From: Candidatus Poseidoniaceae archaeon
GTDB taxonomy: Archaea > Thermoplasmatota > Poseidoniia > Poseidoniales > Poseidoniaceae
Direction of reading: 5' to 3'
Length of the DNA stretch: 64,000 bases
NCBI GenBank assembly: GCA_045568435.1
Contig: JBJLBB010000003.1
Location: forward strand, 2,509-66,508
Below, piece after piece: positions 28,062 through 39,200 of this stretch (positions within the stretch are counted from its first letter, which is position 1; each line of letters starts with the position of its first letter). The notes beneath the pieces were generated by a model that did no database searches, was not told the origin of the DNA, and saw only the letters and a program-made list of their open reading frames with translations. A program made the position numbers and the translations under genes.

Positions 28062-29155
28062 TTTTCATCAATTCCTACTATACTTGTAGATGGTGAGTTT
28101 TCTACAAGTTCTTGTTGTTGCTCCTGTACATTTTGTTCAAGATGTTCACGAGTTGCCTGTGCTCTATGATATACTTCTCTCAGAGTCTGGTCAGATATCT
28201 CAAGGTAAACTCTAGTTGTAGCAATTGTGCTATGGCCAAGCAATTTCTGAATAGAAACAAGGTCTGCTCCACGTTCCAGTAGACCAGTTGCAAAGTTGTG
28301 GCGTAGAACGTGAGGAGTTAGTTTGCCTTTTGGTAATCCAGCATCCAATGCTAAGGTATCCATCAATCTTTGAACACCTCTCGGTTGTAATCTACGTTTA
28401 GCAGAATTAAGTAGTAAAGCGATTTCATCATTTTTTATTCTCGACTCCCTAACCGGTAGCCAGGCTTGAATTCTATCAAGTGTCCTTTGTGTGAATAAAA
28501 CTAGACGGTCTTTATCTCCTTTGCCACCTAAAACTCTCGCTGAGCGGTCTTCCAAGTCAATATCGCTGTAATCTAAATTACAGACTTCGCTTACACGTAA
28601 CCCGGTATCCAACATCAAAGTAACAACAATTGAGGCCACAGGGTTTTCACTGTTTGAGGCCGCTTCCAAAACCATCGATAATTCTCTACGTGTTAGAGTT
28701 CTTGGCAATCTTTTACCGGTTCTTGCTCTTGTCAAATGCTCTGGCCATCTATGACCTAGCCATTTTAGTAGATGTCTTGCAGCAGCGAGTCTAGCATTGT
28801 ATGTGGTCGGTTTTAAGTCAGATAAACTATGAGTCCACAAATCTATACGCCCGTTTAGAGGCTCCATTCTCTCTGCTAACTCTGCAATAGTCATATTTTG
28901 ATAGCCTTTTTCACTTAGAACTAACTCACCAGGGAGGTTTGTTTCAACTAATGAACGCAGTCCACTGGCATATGATTTTTGAGTATTAGCAGATTTATTT
29001 TCCGACTTTAGTTGCTTTTGATAACAACTAGTCCAAGGCAGATGTTGGAGATGTTTAAGACGCGCAGGAAGACCGACATCCTCTTCTTGACCTAGTCTTA
29101 ACTGACTTGGCCTTAGAGCCTTTCTTTCTCTCATAGTATCCCTCCGCTCATTCAT
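28058..29155 (-). CDS. xerA: Tyrosine recombinase, XerA/XerC/XerD family
   Basis: C-terminal catalytic region HVLRHNFATGLLERGADLVSIQKLLGHSTIATTRVYLEI (R..HxxR..Y). About 60-aa N-terminal extension. Confidence 0.85.
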   Translation of the reverse strand: MNERRDTMRERKALRPSQLRLGQEEDVGLPARLKHLQHLPWTSCYQKQLKSENKSANTQKSYASGLRSLVETNLPGELVLSEKGYQNMTIAELAERMEPLNGRIDLWTHSLSDLKPTTYNARLAAARHLLKWLGHRWPEHLTRARTGKRLPRTLTRRELSMVLEAASNSENPVASIVVTLMLDTGLRVSEVCNLDYSDIDLEDRSARVLGGKGDKDRLVLFTQRTLDRIQAWLPVRESRIKNDEIALLLNSAKRRLQPRGVQRLMDTLALDAGLPKGKLTPHVLRHNFATGLLERGADLVSIQKLLGHSTIATTRVYLEISDQTLREVYHRAQATREHLEQNVQEQQQELVENSPSTSIVGIDEN

Positions 29156-29232
29156 TGGCGTTCACCGCCTCTCGCCGAAGCGAGTGTGCATCCCGTTGTC
29201 CCGAAGGACGGTAAGAGGATAGAGGTGATACA
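29156..29232 (-). promoter_or_regulatory. GC-rich hairpin-rich leader element immediately upstream of xer
   Basis: About 60% GC in a roughly 40% GC genome. Two stem-loops with CGAA loops (ctcgc-cgaa-gcgag, gtcc-cgaa-ggac). Confidence 0.4.
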
Positions 29233-29277
29233 TATCAAACCATCGGGATGAAATAAATTTTATCAAAGCAAAAATCA

Positions 29278-29628
29278 TCAGTTGTAATTTACCGGAACCC
29301 ATTCTTGGCCGTTCCACCAAAGCATACTTCGATCAGACATCTGCTTCCAAGTATAGCCATTATTATCGGTCCATTGGTGTAGAACAGTCAATTGTTCATC
29401 ATTTCCTACCCCTACTTGTAAGGCAGGCATAATTGGGGGATTTATTTCGACAATCGTTTTATCTTTTGCATCCTCGAGTTTACTATTTTGGGAACTAACT
29501 TTTCGCCTTATGATAATTACGGAAGCCAAAGAAATTAGAACCAGTATAAAACTCACATAAAGCCAAGACTTAGTATCATTACTTTTGAGAATCTGTTGAG
29601 TCATCCGGTTCAGAATTTTCATTTTCAT
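29278..29628 (-). CDS. Small membrane-anchored protein
   Basis: One TM (WLYVSFILVLISLASVIII) and a Trp-rich C-terminal domain. The start may be the internal Met at 29598. Confidence 0.45.
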   Translation of the reverse strand: MKMKILNRMTQQILKSNDTKSWLYVSFILVLISLASVIIIRRKVSSQNSKLEDAKDKTIVEINPPIMPALQVGVGNDEQLTVLHQWTDNNGYTWKQMSDRSMLWWNGQEWVPVNYN

Positions 29629-31555
29629 TTTGGTTTTGTGTGATATTGGTATTATTTTGCTGAGAACTATTAGTCAAGTTATCAACCTGATTTTGAGTAT
29701 TATTCACTGATGAGTTAGTGGAATTATTAGTCAAATTATCGGAGTTTGGAATTGTAGAATTACCACTTGAAGTATTATTAGAATCATCAATTACAGTATC
29801 ATTATTTGAATTATTTTGGTTTGGTTCACTTAGCGAGGTATTTTCTAGAACCGAAAGTTCGACTTGGCTTTCATAAATTAGTACATCCTCATCATTTATT
29901 TGTTCCATCTTTACATTGATATAATAATCACCAATATTTACGTCTTCACCAATATCGATATTAATTTTGAAAAATTGGTCTTGAACGATACTGAAAATAT
30001 AAGGAATTGATAATAATGTATTATTTTCCATTAGAGAAAATTCTAATTCCGAAACAATTTCAAATTCAGAATTTATAATAGAGACGTCCATTACCCAATT
30101 ATTTTGGAAAAAAGATGTTTCAAAAATAGAATTCCATGGTATTATTAAGAATAGTTCCAAACTTTCGTTTTGTAAAGTTGAAATATTCTGCAAATAATTT
30201 GGCATACTAATATTTGAAGATGGGAAAAAGATATTTGGTATTGTTATAAAATAGATGCTCATATCTAAATCGAATATTTCATCTGAATTTGAATTATTCA
30301 CTGAAATACTAATTGGATATATATCGATTTGATTTTCGATTGAGAAGTTTATATGGCAGCGGAAAGAAATTATTTCTAAAGGTTCAACATCATTAATTGT
30401 CAACCCTCCATCTTCAGGTAGTAATGGGCGTTCTTCATCAAATTGAGAATATATTTCAATGTCAATGCTATTCAATGAGGAAACATTCAATTCAAATGTA
30501 GATTTGCTATAACCGTAATTTTGGATATCAAAGAAAAAATCCATGCTAAGGCTGTTAAAAGAAACTAGAGAAGTTTCAAAAATATTAGCATTAGAGTCGG
30601 TTTGCTGATAATTATTCTTAACTAAGTCAGTACTAAAATTTGTTCGAAATACTGAGATATTTGCGTAAGATTCTAAGGGTACAAGTTCACTTTCTAAAGA
30701 ATAATTGGCATTATAAAATTCTACCATTTGACCGGTAAAGTCTTCAAATTCTGCAATGAGTTGGAATTCGATTACAGGCATTGGGTCCTTTGAAGGATAA
30801 GCATCATTAGGCGCTTGAAATTCAAATAATGCGGTAGAGTTTTGCCCTCCACTTAGGTCTGAATCGGATATGAATAGATTTGGGGGGTTCCAGTTGCTTG
30901 GCAATTGACTTAGTAAAATAATATCAAACTCAATATCAGTATAAACCGAACCAGTATTTTGAATGAATAATTCTAAAGAGGTAACTTGATTATTTGCAAA
31001 TAATAACTTACTGTCAAAATCTATTGAGATTGGTTCTAAATGCATGTCATAAGCGATTACATTGATTCCTTTATGCTCAAAAGTGTGCAATATGCCTCCA
31101 CTATCTACGACATCTAGGGTAATATTATACTCATCATGATAAATATCTAATGGATATGTATAATTATAATACATAAATAATCCATTTTCATGAGTCTCGA
31201 GCTCAGATATACTCAAGTTTTCACTCAACAAAGGGTCGCCTGTACTAACATTGTAAATCCAAGTCATGTTAAGCGTCATCGATTCAATACTCTCTGTCGA
31301 ATTAATGCCCTCAATAAGTATAGAGAATTGGATAGTTCGATTATATTCAAGATGATTTGGAGACCACTCTAATACCTGATTTTCATTCCAGTCTCCCCCG
31401 AGATTATGAACACGAACTTCAGTTGATGAAATCACTTCTTGTTCTGTAAAAAATTGCTGTGCTTCTTCGTTCAAAGAGGAATTTGAAAAGGGAAATTGAG
31501 AAGATAGTAAGAAAACAATAGTCAGAACTATCGCTCTAGAGCCAACTCCTCCCAT
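29579..31555 (-). CDS. Large secreted Asn/Ser/Thr-rich protein
   Basis: Signal peptide. 658 aa of low-complexity N/S/T/E-rich sequence with a C-terminal N/S/T tail; likely glycosylated surface protein. Confidence 0.5.
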   Translation of the reverse strand: MGGVGSRAIVLTIVFLLSSQFPFSNSSLNEEAQQFFTEQEVISSTEVRVHNLGGDWNENQVLEWSPNHLEYNRTIQFSILIEGINSTESIESMTLNMTWIYNVSTGDPLLSENLSISELETHENGLFMYYNYTYPLDIYHDEYNITLDVVDSGGILHTFEHKGINVIAYDMHLEPISIDFDSKLLFANNQVTSLELFIQNTGSVYTDIEFDIILLSQLPSNWNPPNLFISDSDLSGGQNSTALFEFQAPNDAYPSKDPMPVIEFQLIAEFEDFTGQMVEFYNANYSLESELVPLESYANISVFRTNFSTDLVKNNYQQTDSNANIFETSLVSFNSLSMDFFFDIQNYGYSKSTFELNVSSLNSIDIEIYSQFDEERPLLPEDGGLTINDVEPLEIISFRCHINFSIENQIDIYPISISVNNSNSDEIFDLDMSIYFITIPNIFFPSSNISMPNYLQNISTLQNESLELFLIIPWNSIFETSFFQNNWVMDVSIINSEFEIVSELEFSLMENNTLLSIPYIFSIVQDQFFKINIDIGEDVNIGDYYINVKMEQINDEDVLIYESQVELSVLENTSLSEPNQNNSNNDTVIDDSNNTSSGNSTIPNSDNLTNNSTNSSVNNTQNQVDNLTNSSQQNNTNITQNQNENENSEPDDSTDSQK

Positions 31556-31611
31556 AGAGATAAGTCCAGTTCATACTTTATTGAAGTTTGTTAAGAATGA
31601 TGTTTAGAACA

Positions 31612-32808
31612 TCATGCATTTGATTCTTCTTTCTCACTAAGTTCAAAGTCAGTTTTTGAAACTCCAATGATTGCATTCTTAATCGATGCTCTAAGTTCAG
31701 CTAAGTCTCCATAGCAGACAATTACATCATCATATCTCAACAATAAATCGTCAGTAGGGTTCCAGATCAATTTATTTTCTCTAGAAAGGGCAAATACGGG
31801 AATATCGGAACCTTTATTGAAAATTTGTGAAATTTTCTGGCCAACGAGGTTTGGATGATTTCTTAATTGAAGAGAAAGAACTCCAGAGCCTGGAACAGTT
31901 CGTAGTAGTTGGTCTAAATCTACTTCTGAGAAAGCGGTTTGGCTAGCTACAAAATCAACTATTTCCCCAGATACATTTACTCCACTTGCCTTTTCAATTC
32001 CTTCCAAACCTGGCGAGGAATTGACTTCAAGAACCAGAGGGCCATGCTCTGCTTCAAGTAAATCGACTCCAGCCACATGAAGGCCCAAAACACGGGCTGC
32101 ACGACATGCCTGCTCTTCGTATTCAGGAGGTAAGTCAACTTTTTCGACAGTTCCGTTTAGGTGATAATTACTTCTAAATTCACGCCCACGTGCTCGTCGT
32201 CTCATACTTGCAACAACTCTGTCACCAACAACCAATGCGCGAATGTCTTTGCCATGAGATTCAGCAATATATTCCTGAACTAAAACAGATTTTCCAGTCA
32301 ACAATAGTCCTTGTACAAGGCTGCAAGCCTCGTGTAGAGTATGTCTGAGGAATACACCTTGCCCTTGTGTCCCTTGTGTCACCTTTATCACAACCGGGAA
32401 TCCCCCGACAAAGTCTATTGCAGATTCTACATCAATAATATCTCTTACATAAGTAGTGCGTGGTACAGGTATTTTATTTCTGGCTAAAATTTGGGAGGCA
32501 TGAAGTTTATCACGGCTTTGAATAATTCCTTGACCTGTATTTGCGGTCCAAATCCCCAACTGTTCAAGGTGTCTTAGCAAAGCTACACCATGTTTGGTTA
32601 TCGAATGACCAATTCTTGGTATTACGGCATCTGCGATGAATGGTTTGCCCATGTACTGGATATCGATTGAGCCATCTGCAACGTAAAGAGAAAATTTCAT
32701 TGGGTCTGCAACAAAAACATCGATTCCTCGCTTTTTTGCCTCTTCAACAAGACGCCTAGTACTGTATAATCGCGGACCACGCGATAAAACAGCAAGTCTG
32801 ATGTCCAT
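31612..32808 (-). CDS. rimK: RimK-family ATP-grasp ligase with C-terminal extension
   Basis: MDIRLAVLSRGPRLYSTRRLVEEAKKRGIDV... ATP-grasp signature. About 100 aa of extra C-terminal sequence. Confidence 0.8.
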   Translation of the reverse strand: MDIRLAVLSRGPRLYSTRRLVEEAKKRGIDVFVADPMKFSLYVADGSIDIQYMGKPFIADAVIPRIGHSITKHGVALLRHLEQLGIWTANTGQGIIQSRDKLHASQILARNKIPVPRTTYVRDIIDVESAIDFVGGFPVVIKVTQGTQGQGVFLRHTLHEACSLVQGLLLTGKSVLVQEYIAESHGKDIRALVVGDRVVASMRRRARGREFRSNYHLNGTVEKVDLPPEYEEQACRAARVLGLHVAGVDLLEAEHGPLVLEVNSSPGLEGIEKASGVNVSGEIVDFVASQTAFSEVDLDQLLRTVPGSGVLSLQLRNHPNLVGQKISQIFNKGSDIPVFALSRENKLIWNPTDDLLLRYDDVIVCYGDLAELRASIKNAIIGVSKTDFELSEKEESNA

Positions 32809-32907
32809 ATGAGCGGGTAAAACTCTTTCTTTTTGATATCATCGCTTATTATTCTTGAAAAATCTATTATCGCGCCTTTCAAGTGCTGGATTGAAATCGC
32901 AAGGGAT

Positions 32908-34032
32908 ATGTCCGACGAAGAAGAGAACGACATGGTTGAGCAAACTTCTCACGCAGATGAAGCCGAAGAAGTAGTTGAGGAACAATCTTCAGTTCAACAA
33001 AATGAGCAACCTGAAGAATCTTTAGGAAAATTAGAAGCAGAGTTGAAACGTTCGAAGTGGAGCGTTTTTCTTTTTGTTGGAATTACAGTCGTGATGTTTG
33101 GATTCGCTCTATTTCCTATGACTACTAATGTACCATATGATGGATTATGGGGGGCTGCGGAGAAAGATATCGGTTTTGTTTGGGGCCCATCTGCTTCCGG
33201 CGAAGATTTGCTGGATGTTCCTTTTGAGTTAGAAGTTGAAGTTGTTAGGGCACCGTCGGTCTCTTCAAATGTGATACTTGAAGCATATGTTTTGAAATTA
33301 GACAATTGTCAGTCATTGGAGGTTAGTGATTTCCAGCAAACAGCCAAACAAGGAAATAGTCATGATTATCAATATTTATCGAAAAAGTCACCCCTTGAAG
33401 GCGAGACTTATACGTTTGAATTTAATTTAGACATGGGTCAGCACTGCGTAAAAGTACAATTTGTTAATGACCAAGGAAATGTTCTGAAAGAGAATACAGA
33501 ACTGAAAGCTAAAGGTAAATTATGGCCTAATCAAGTAATTGCAGGCATTCCTGGTTTTATTTTCCTCAGTGTTTCAATTTATGCAATCCTAGGTTTGCTA
33601 AATAAGAGGTCTAGAGTTAATGAGATACTGGAACAAGAGAGAATTGAAGAAGAAAAATTAGCAGTAGAGGCGGCTACAGCCGAAAGAATCTCACAGGGGC
33701 CAGGAGGAGCACCTCCTAAATCCGCAGTGGGACCTTCAGGACCGCCAAAGTCTGTTTCAGGACCTTCGGGGCCACCTAAACAGGAAAAGCGTAGTGGGCC
33801 TCCTAAGAGTTCAATTTCTACCGCAACCGATTCACCAAAACGTAGCGGTCCACCTCCATCTAATGCAGAAGTCAAGGAAGAAGTGGTTCCTGAAGTGATT
33901 TCACAAACTGATGATTCTGTGTTTGAACCTGCTGGAAACGGATATTTCTATCGAAAGATGGCAGATGGAACTTATGAGCAAACCATCTATGTTCAATCGG
34001 AAGATGGAACTTATACGCCATATCAAGAATGA
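32908..34032 (+). CDS. Membrane protein with acidic N-terminus and Pro-rich GPSGPPKS repeats
   Basis: Two TM helices and three SGPSGPPK repeats. ATG at 32908 preferred over the TTG at 32833. Confidence 0.5.
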   Translation: MSDEEENDMVEQTSHADEAEEVVEEQSSVQQNEQPEESLGKLEAELKRSKWSVFLFVGITVVMFGFALFPMTTNVPYDGLWGAAEKDIGFVWGPSASGEDLLDVPFELEVEVVRAPSVSSNVILEAYVLKLDNCQSLEVSDFQQTAKQGNSHDYQYLSKKSPLEGETYTFEFNLDMGQHCVKVQFVNDQGNVLKENTELKAKGKLWPNQVIAGIPGFIFLSVSIYAILGLLNKRSRVNEILEQERIEEEKLAVEAATAERISQGPGGAPPKSAVGPSGPPKSVSGPSGPPKQEKRSGPPKSSISTATDSPKRSGPPPSNAEVKEEVVPEVISQTDDSVFEPAGNGYFYRKMADGTYEQTIYVQSEDGTYTPYQE

Positions 34033-34085
34033 ATAATTGATTTCTTCTCTGAAATAGCACGATTAAGATACATCGAGCACTATCC

Positions 34086-36260
34086 TTGAAAGGGGGCATT
34101 ACTGACGCCCATATGGGAAGGGGCATGGCCGACGATTTGACATCAACACTAACAGTCGCCAAATTGAAGGCGTTGTGTGTTCTCAATGACCTTGCAACTT
34201 CTGGTAAGAAATCTGAGTTATTACAACGCTTACTAGATTCGGGATTAGACCGAGAGGAGTTGGGCTTGTCATCTCTCAGCGTTGTGATTAACGATGATGA
34301 AGCGATAGATGATGAAGTTGTATTTTCTCTTGAAGATGATGATACGATTACTCCTGAGGTTGAACCAGAGGTTTCCGAACCGATCAAACAAAAGCCTGCA
34401 GAGGAAATTTTGGAAGCCGAGATATTGGACGCTGACCTTGTTGAGATTAGTGAAGAAATAGAAAAACCCAAAACAACGATAAAGCCTGTAGAATCAAAAA
34501 CTCCAAATCTACAAAAACCAACCACATTGGTTGAGATGGTTAAGAGGCCTCAAGTTGCGGCAGCAGTATTAGTTTTGATAATTCTTGGAGCAGGAGGGTG
34601 GTATTACTTTAGTGCTCAATTAGAGCCATTTACCGCCGATCAATTACGCTATGGAGATGAGATGACCTATACTATTTCAGATGGCGATTTTATGGCCACA
34701 GAAGGTTTTCTTGACTTAGTATTAGACCAGATTGAAACCGAAGATGATATTTGCAAATTAAGAATGATGTTTGATGGTTCTGGCGATGTATCAATCACCG
34801 ATGGAGGAACAGACCAATTGGTCTCTCAAACCTCTAATGACAGAGTCGGCGCAGTAAGTGTCCGAGGAGGACAAGGAATGAGTTGGTTATCGGTAGAGTC
34901 TGTATCATCTTATGACTTCGATAGTTTCACCATTCAACGTCATTTACAATCTTCAATCCCAGGCTCTAATGGATGTTCAGATTTTCCAGCAAGTGTTAGT
35001 GGAACAGCCGATATAACTTCGACTAAGTGGACAGAACTTAGAGAAAGAGCAAGCCTCGGCACCAAAGTAGACTGGAACCTCAACATTGAAGATTCATATG
35101 AAGGCACTTTGATGTCTTATGGAGTTGGAGGATTCTTTGGAGACTTGGAAGTTATTTCTCCAGGGTTTTCGCTACTAGTACAACCGGTTGAGTTACAAGA
35201 ATTGCTAGCGAATGACTACATCGATGACGGAGCCACAGGTTCTAGGCTTGGATGGGATTGGAGAGTTTTGGGTACTGAAGAATTAGGCTCAACAGAGATG
35301 TGGAAAATTGTAGCAACCAACAAGGATGTTCAAGATTACTGTTTAGGTTCAGCAAGCATGACTCTATGGGTCGAAGAAGGCAATCCATGGGCTACAAGAC
35401 AAACTGTTGACGTTGTTATTTCAGGAAGCGATAGTAATCGTCAAGGTTGTTCGACAACAACCAAACTTCTTGGAGATTATGTTCTTCCAGAAGGCGAGTT
35501 GACTATGAGCCATACATTCCAAAAATCGTCTTTAAAATTAGGAATTAAGGCATTAGAATACGGATTATCATACGATGCTAGGCCACTTGCAAACGAGTTG
35601 TCTCCCGATGAGGATGAGTTGAAGGAGTGGGGCGCAAATGGAATTCATATGCCTGATGATTCTACTATGAGGACACATGATTTAGACACTTCAATGCAAT
35701 GTTTCGATTACTTCCAAAGTTCTGCAGCAGGAGCCTCAGCAGCATTGGATGATGGCGGATATATTTGGCGAGCAATCGACTCCAACCTAGGTACAACAAC
35801 ACAATGGAATGTGTCTTGGATAGCAACGGATGAAACTGCAGGTTGGGTAAAATTCAATGTCACCGGTACGCCCAGTTCAGAAAATTGCGATTTTGATTCC
35901 AAAGGTGCTTACGATGAATCGATATCCCATAACCGAGAATTTATTCCTAAAGTACTCAATATTAGTAATATAGAATCACGTTTATCAGATTCTAGTCGAT
36001 TTACAGACTTATCTGGGACAAATGGAATATTCACATCCTCAGGTGAATACCACCCTGAAACAAGGGTCGGCTATCTTGTAGTAGTGCCCGGAAGCGGAAT
36101 CAATTCGATTCTAACCAATATTGGAGATGCAACAGACGGTGCTACAACCGTAGATATCTCGAGAGAATGGGATTCTGGCGGCTGGGATAATAGATTCAAT
36201 TTAGTGGCTGATGCTACTGATGGTAGAATTGTTGGTTGGAACTTTGTCAAGAATACTTGA
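34086..36260 (+). CDS. SAP-domain membrane protein with large extracytoplasmic domain
   Basis: N-terminal SAP motif LTVAKLKALCVLNDLATSGKKSELLQRLLDSG. Acidic linker. Single TM VAAAVLVLIILGAGGWYYF. About 550-aa C-terminal domain. Confidence 0.55.
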   Translation: MKGGITDAHMGRGMADDLTSTLTVAKLKALCVLNDLATSGKKSELLQRLLDSGLDREELGLSSLSVVINDDEAIDDEVVFSLEDDDTITPEVEPEVSEPIKQKPAEEILEAEILDADLVEISEEIEKPKTTIKPVESKTPNLQKPTTLVEMVKRPQVAAAVLVLIILGAGGWYYFSAQLEPFTADQLRYGDEMTYTISDGDFMATEGFLDLVLDQIETEDDICKLRMMFDGSGDVSITDGGTDQLVSQTSNDRVGAVSVRGGQGMSWLSVESVSSYDFDSFTIQRHLQSSIPGSNGCSDFPASVSGTADITSTKWTELRERASLGTKVDWNLNIEDSYEGTLMSYGVGGFFGDLEVISPGFSLLVQPVELQELLANDYIDDGATGSRLGWDWRVLGTEELGSTEMWKIVATNKDVQDYCLGSASMTLWVEEGNPWATRQTVDVVISGSDSNRQGCSTTTKLLGDYVLPEGELTMSHTFQKSSLKLGIKALEYGLSYDARPLANELSPDEDELKEWGANGIHMPDDSTMRTHDLDTSMQCFDYFQSSAAGASAALDDGGYIWRAIDSNLGTTTQWNVSWIATDETAGWVKFNVTGTPSSENCDFDSKGAYDESISHNREFIPKVLNISNIESRLSDSSRFTDLSGTNGIFTSSGEYHPETRVGYLVVVPGSGINSILTNIGDATDGATTVDISREWDSGGWDNRFNLVADATDGRIVGWNFVKNT

Positions 36261-39200
36261 TTATTTCCATTTATTATTCAAATCAGGCAGAATCGGTGCT
36301 GAGCGAACATTGCTGAATTGAGAAGGAGGTGGCGGATGAAATCCTCCATTTGGTGGTTGCTTCGGAGGTTTGATTCCCGACCTACCTTGCCTTACCAAGA
36401 GTAAAACAACCAGTAATACAATGACTACAGAACCAGCAATAATACTTGCAATAGTTCCCATTTCAAGGCCGTTCTCAGACTTAGATCCACTTTCAGAATC
36501 TTTTGAATCATCTTCGATTACAGGTTCTGGAGGATGCCAAACAGTGTATGATAAATTCCAGGAATAACTAATCTGTCCGCCAGTATTGTCAGATATAATG
36601 ACAATAACCGGATAAGGTCCAACAGTTCCGTTTTGAGCGCATAGCACGGCACTAAAGCCAGTATTATTCTTCGAACAGTCAATTATCTCTTCATTCAGAC
36701 TCTCTTGTTGTGAAATTGTAGCTCCATTTCTTTTCCAAATATATTCCAATCCAACTTTATCCTTAATCGAATCTGTAAGATTTACTTCTAGCGATAATTG
36801 GAGTGGTTCAGAAGTTGAATTAATTGTGATATCAGAACTATTTGGGGCCATCAAATATTGATATCTGTTGATTCCATCATCTATTTGCTCATCACAGTCA
36901 TCATCAATTCCATTCCATAATTCGGTGGCACCAGGATAAATATTGATGTCTTCATCATTACATTCTTCAAACCATCTAAATCCATCACCATCTTCATCAA
37001 GGTCTGGAATAAGTGGATTAGTAGAGGTATTGAATATCTCATCTCCATCGCTTAATCCATCACCATCTGTGTCATTATTCAATGGGTCAGTGTATATATT
37101 ATTGAATTCTTCAAGGTCAGGAAGCCCATCTTGATCTCGGTCAAGTCCAATGAAATCTTCATCGATTTCTCCACTACAATTATTGTCAATCCCATCTAGT
37201 AATTCAACCATGTCAGGGTTTATTTGGTCATTTGTATCGTTACAATCTTGGAACCAATAATATCCATCCAAGTCAGTATCATTATCAAATACTAGAGGAT
37301 TACTTTGGTAGATTAGCACTTCATCTCCATCGCTTAACATGTCTCCATCAGTATCTTGTAGGTTTAGGTCTGTATTGAAGAAATGATACTCTCCAAAGTC
37401 GGTCAAACCATCAAAGTCAGTATCGCTTGAATTGAATCCTTCATCCCACTGCCCATCACAGTTTTCATCAATTCCATTGAGTAGTTCGATTGCCCCAGGA
37501 TATATGTTTGGGTCTGAGTCATTACAATCTTGGAACCAATAGAAGGTATCTCCATCTAAGTCTAGGTCAGGTACCAGAGGGTCAGTACCAAAAATAATAA
37601 CTTCTTGACCATCATTTAATCCATCACCATCTGTGTCGTTAACCAAAGGATTAGTACCGTTAACCAGTATTTCCCTTCCGTCATCTAGGCCATCTCCGTC
37701 GGTATCAATATTCAGGGGGTCAGTTCCGTAAACCTGTACTTCAAGTCCATCATTGACTTGGTCATCATCCGAATCAATATCGTCAGGGTCTGTACCGTAA
37801 ATATTGGTTTCATCAGAATTTGTTAGATTATCACCATCTCTATCTTGATTCAATTCAGTTCCATAGATATTTAATTCCCAATCATGGAATGTTCCATCAT
37901 CGCCATTGCCTTGGTCTTGTACACTTATTGTCCAAGTCCCGGTAGAATCTTCATCCCAATTGTGAACAGAGGTAAACATCCAATTATTCCAGTTATTTCC
38001 GCTATCACCATGTTTCTCTGACAATATACTTTGAGTTCCTTGTGGGCTTGTAAGAATTATTTCCAAGTCTCCTCTATAGTCATGTGATATATCTACAATG
38101 ACCTCAACATGTTCAACCTTTATCGATTCAGATACCGAAACAGAATCGGTTACTGCATTAGAATTATCAGGAATGTTGAGATTGTTCATATCAATATTTC
38201 CAGATAAGAAAGAGATTTCTTCATCGACATTATTCCAGTTCAATGCTAGATTGACCGCTGCACTAGCATCAACGACTCCAAATCCATACTTGTGGCTAAC
38301 GGTATGCCCTGCTCCATTGTTATACCATGAAGAATCGCTGGCATCATTTTTTCTGCAGGTTTGAACAAGGATGTGTTGTATGTCCCTATATGCTAAGTTT
38401 GGATTAGCATCCATCATCAGTGCAATGACTCCAGATGCAAGGGGTGTAGCAGAGGATGTACCACCAAAGCCATCGGTATAGTCTCCATTTTCATATCCTC
38501 CATTACCTTCGATGTCGGTAGTTGTAATACCTTCTCCATCTCCATCAGAAGGCGCAGCAACAAGGATATTGGCTCCTGGTTCTGCGTACCAAGATTGTTC
38601 ACCTTTGTGTGTTACAGCAGTTACTGCGATAGTATGTCGGCTATTTGCATACCCATCATAGTTTGAATTATCATCATCATCAAGTCCATTACCCGCAGCC
38701 CAAGTAATCACGTTACCTAAGCCACCTCGGCCTTGGTCAACATCGTTTTCAAATGCTGCCATCATCAATGGTCCGGGCGCTTCTACAGTCCTACCATTGT
38801 CGCTTGGCCCCCAAGAATTAGAATAGATATCTATCGATTGTCTTTCATGGCTTAATGCATTTCCTTCTCTAGTATCGGTTGTACTACAGGAAATTAATTG
38901 CAGTCCAGCAAGGCTTGCAAGAGGGGCTGCACCTGAGACTCCAATCGAATTATTTCCAGCAGCAGCAGCGACTCCAGCGGCTGAAGTTCCATGACCGTCA
39001 TTGAATGAAGGAGTAGGGTCTCCATCATTATTACAGAAATCATAGTCTAAAGTATCAGCATAATAATTGTCAAGGTCAGCATGATTCCAATCAAGACCAT
39101 CATCCACAATTCCGATAACAACTCCGCTACCTCTGTAGTTATTCCATGCTCCGGTAATATTGACATCTTCGCCACTGACTCCACCATTTGTTTGACCTGT

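Noticed and set aside
28058-29277. Xer recombinase plus GC-rich element as the edge of an integrated mobile element
   Set aside because: No flanking direct repeats or phage/plasmid genes are visible. Neighbours are housekeeping genes (Sec61-beta, RimK). More likely the chromosomal XerA.
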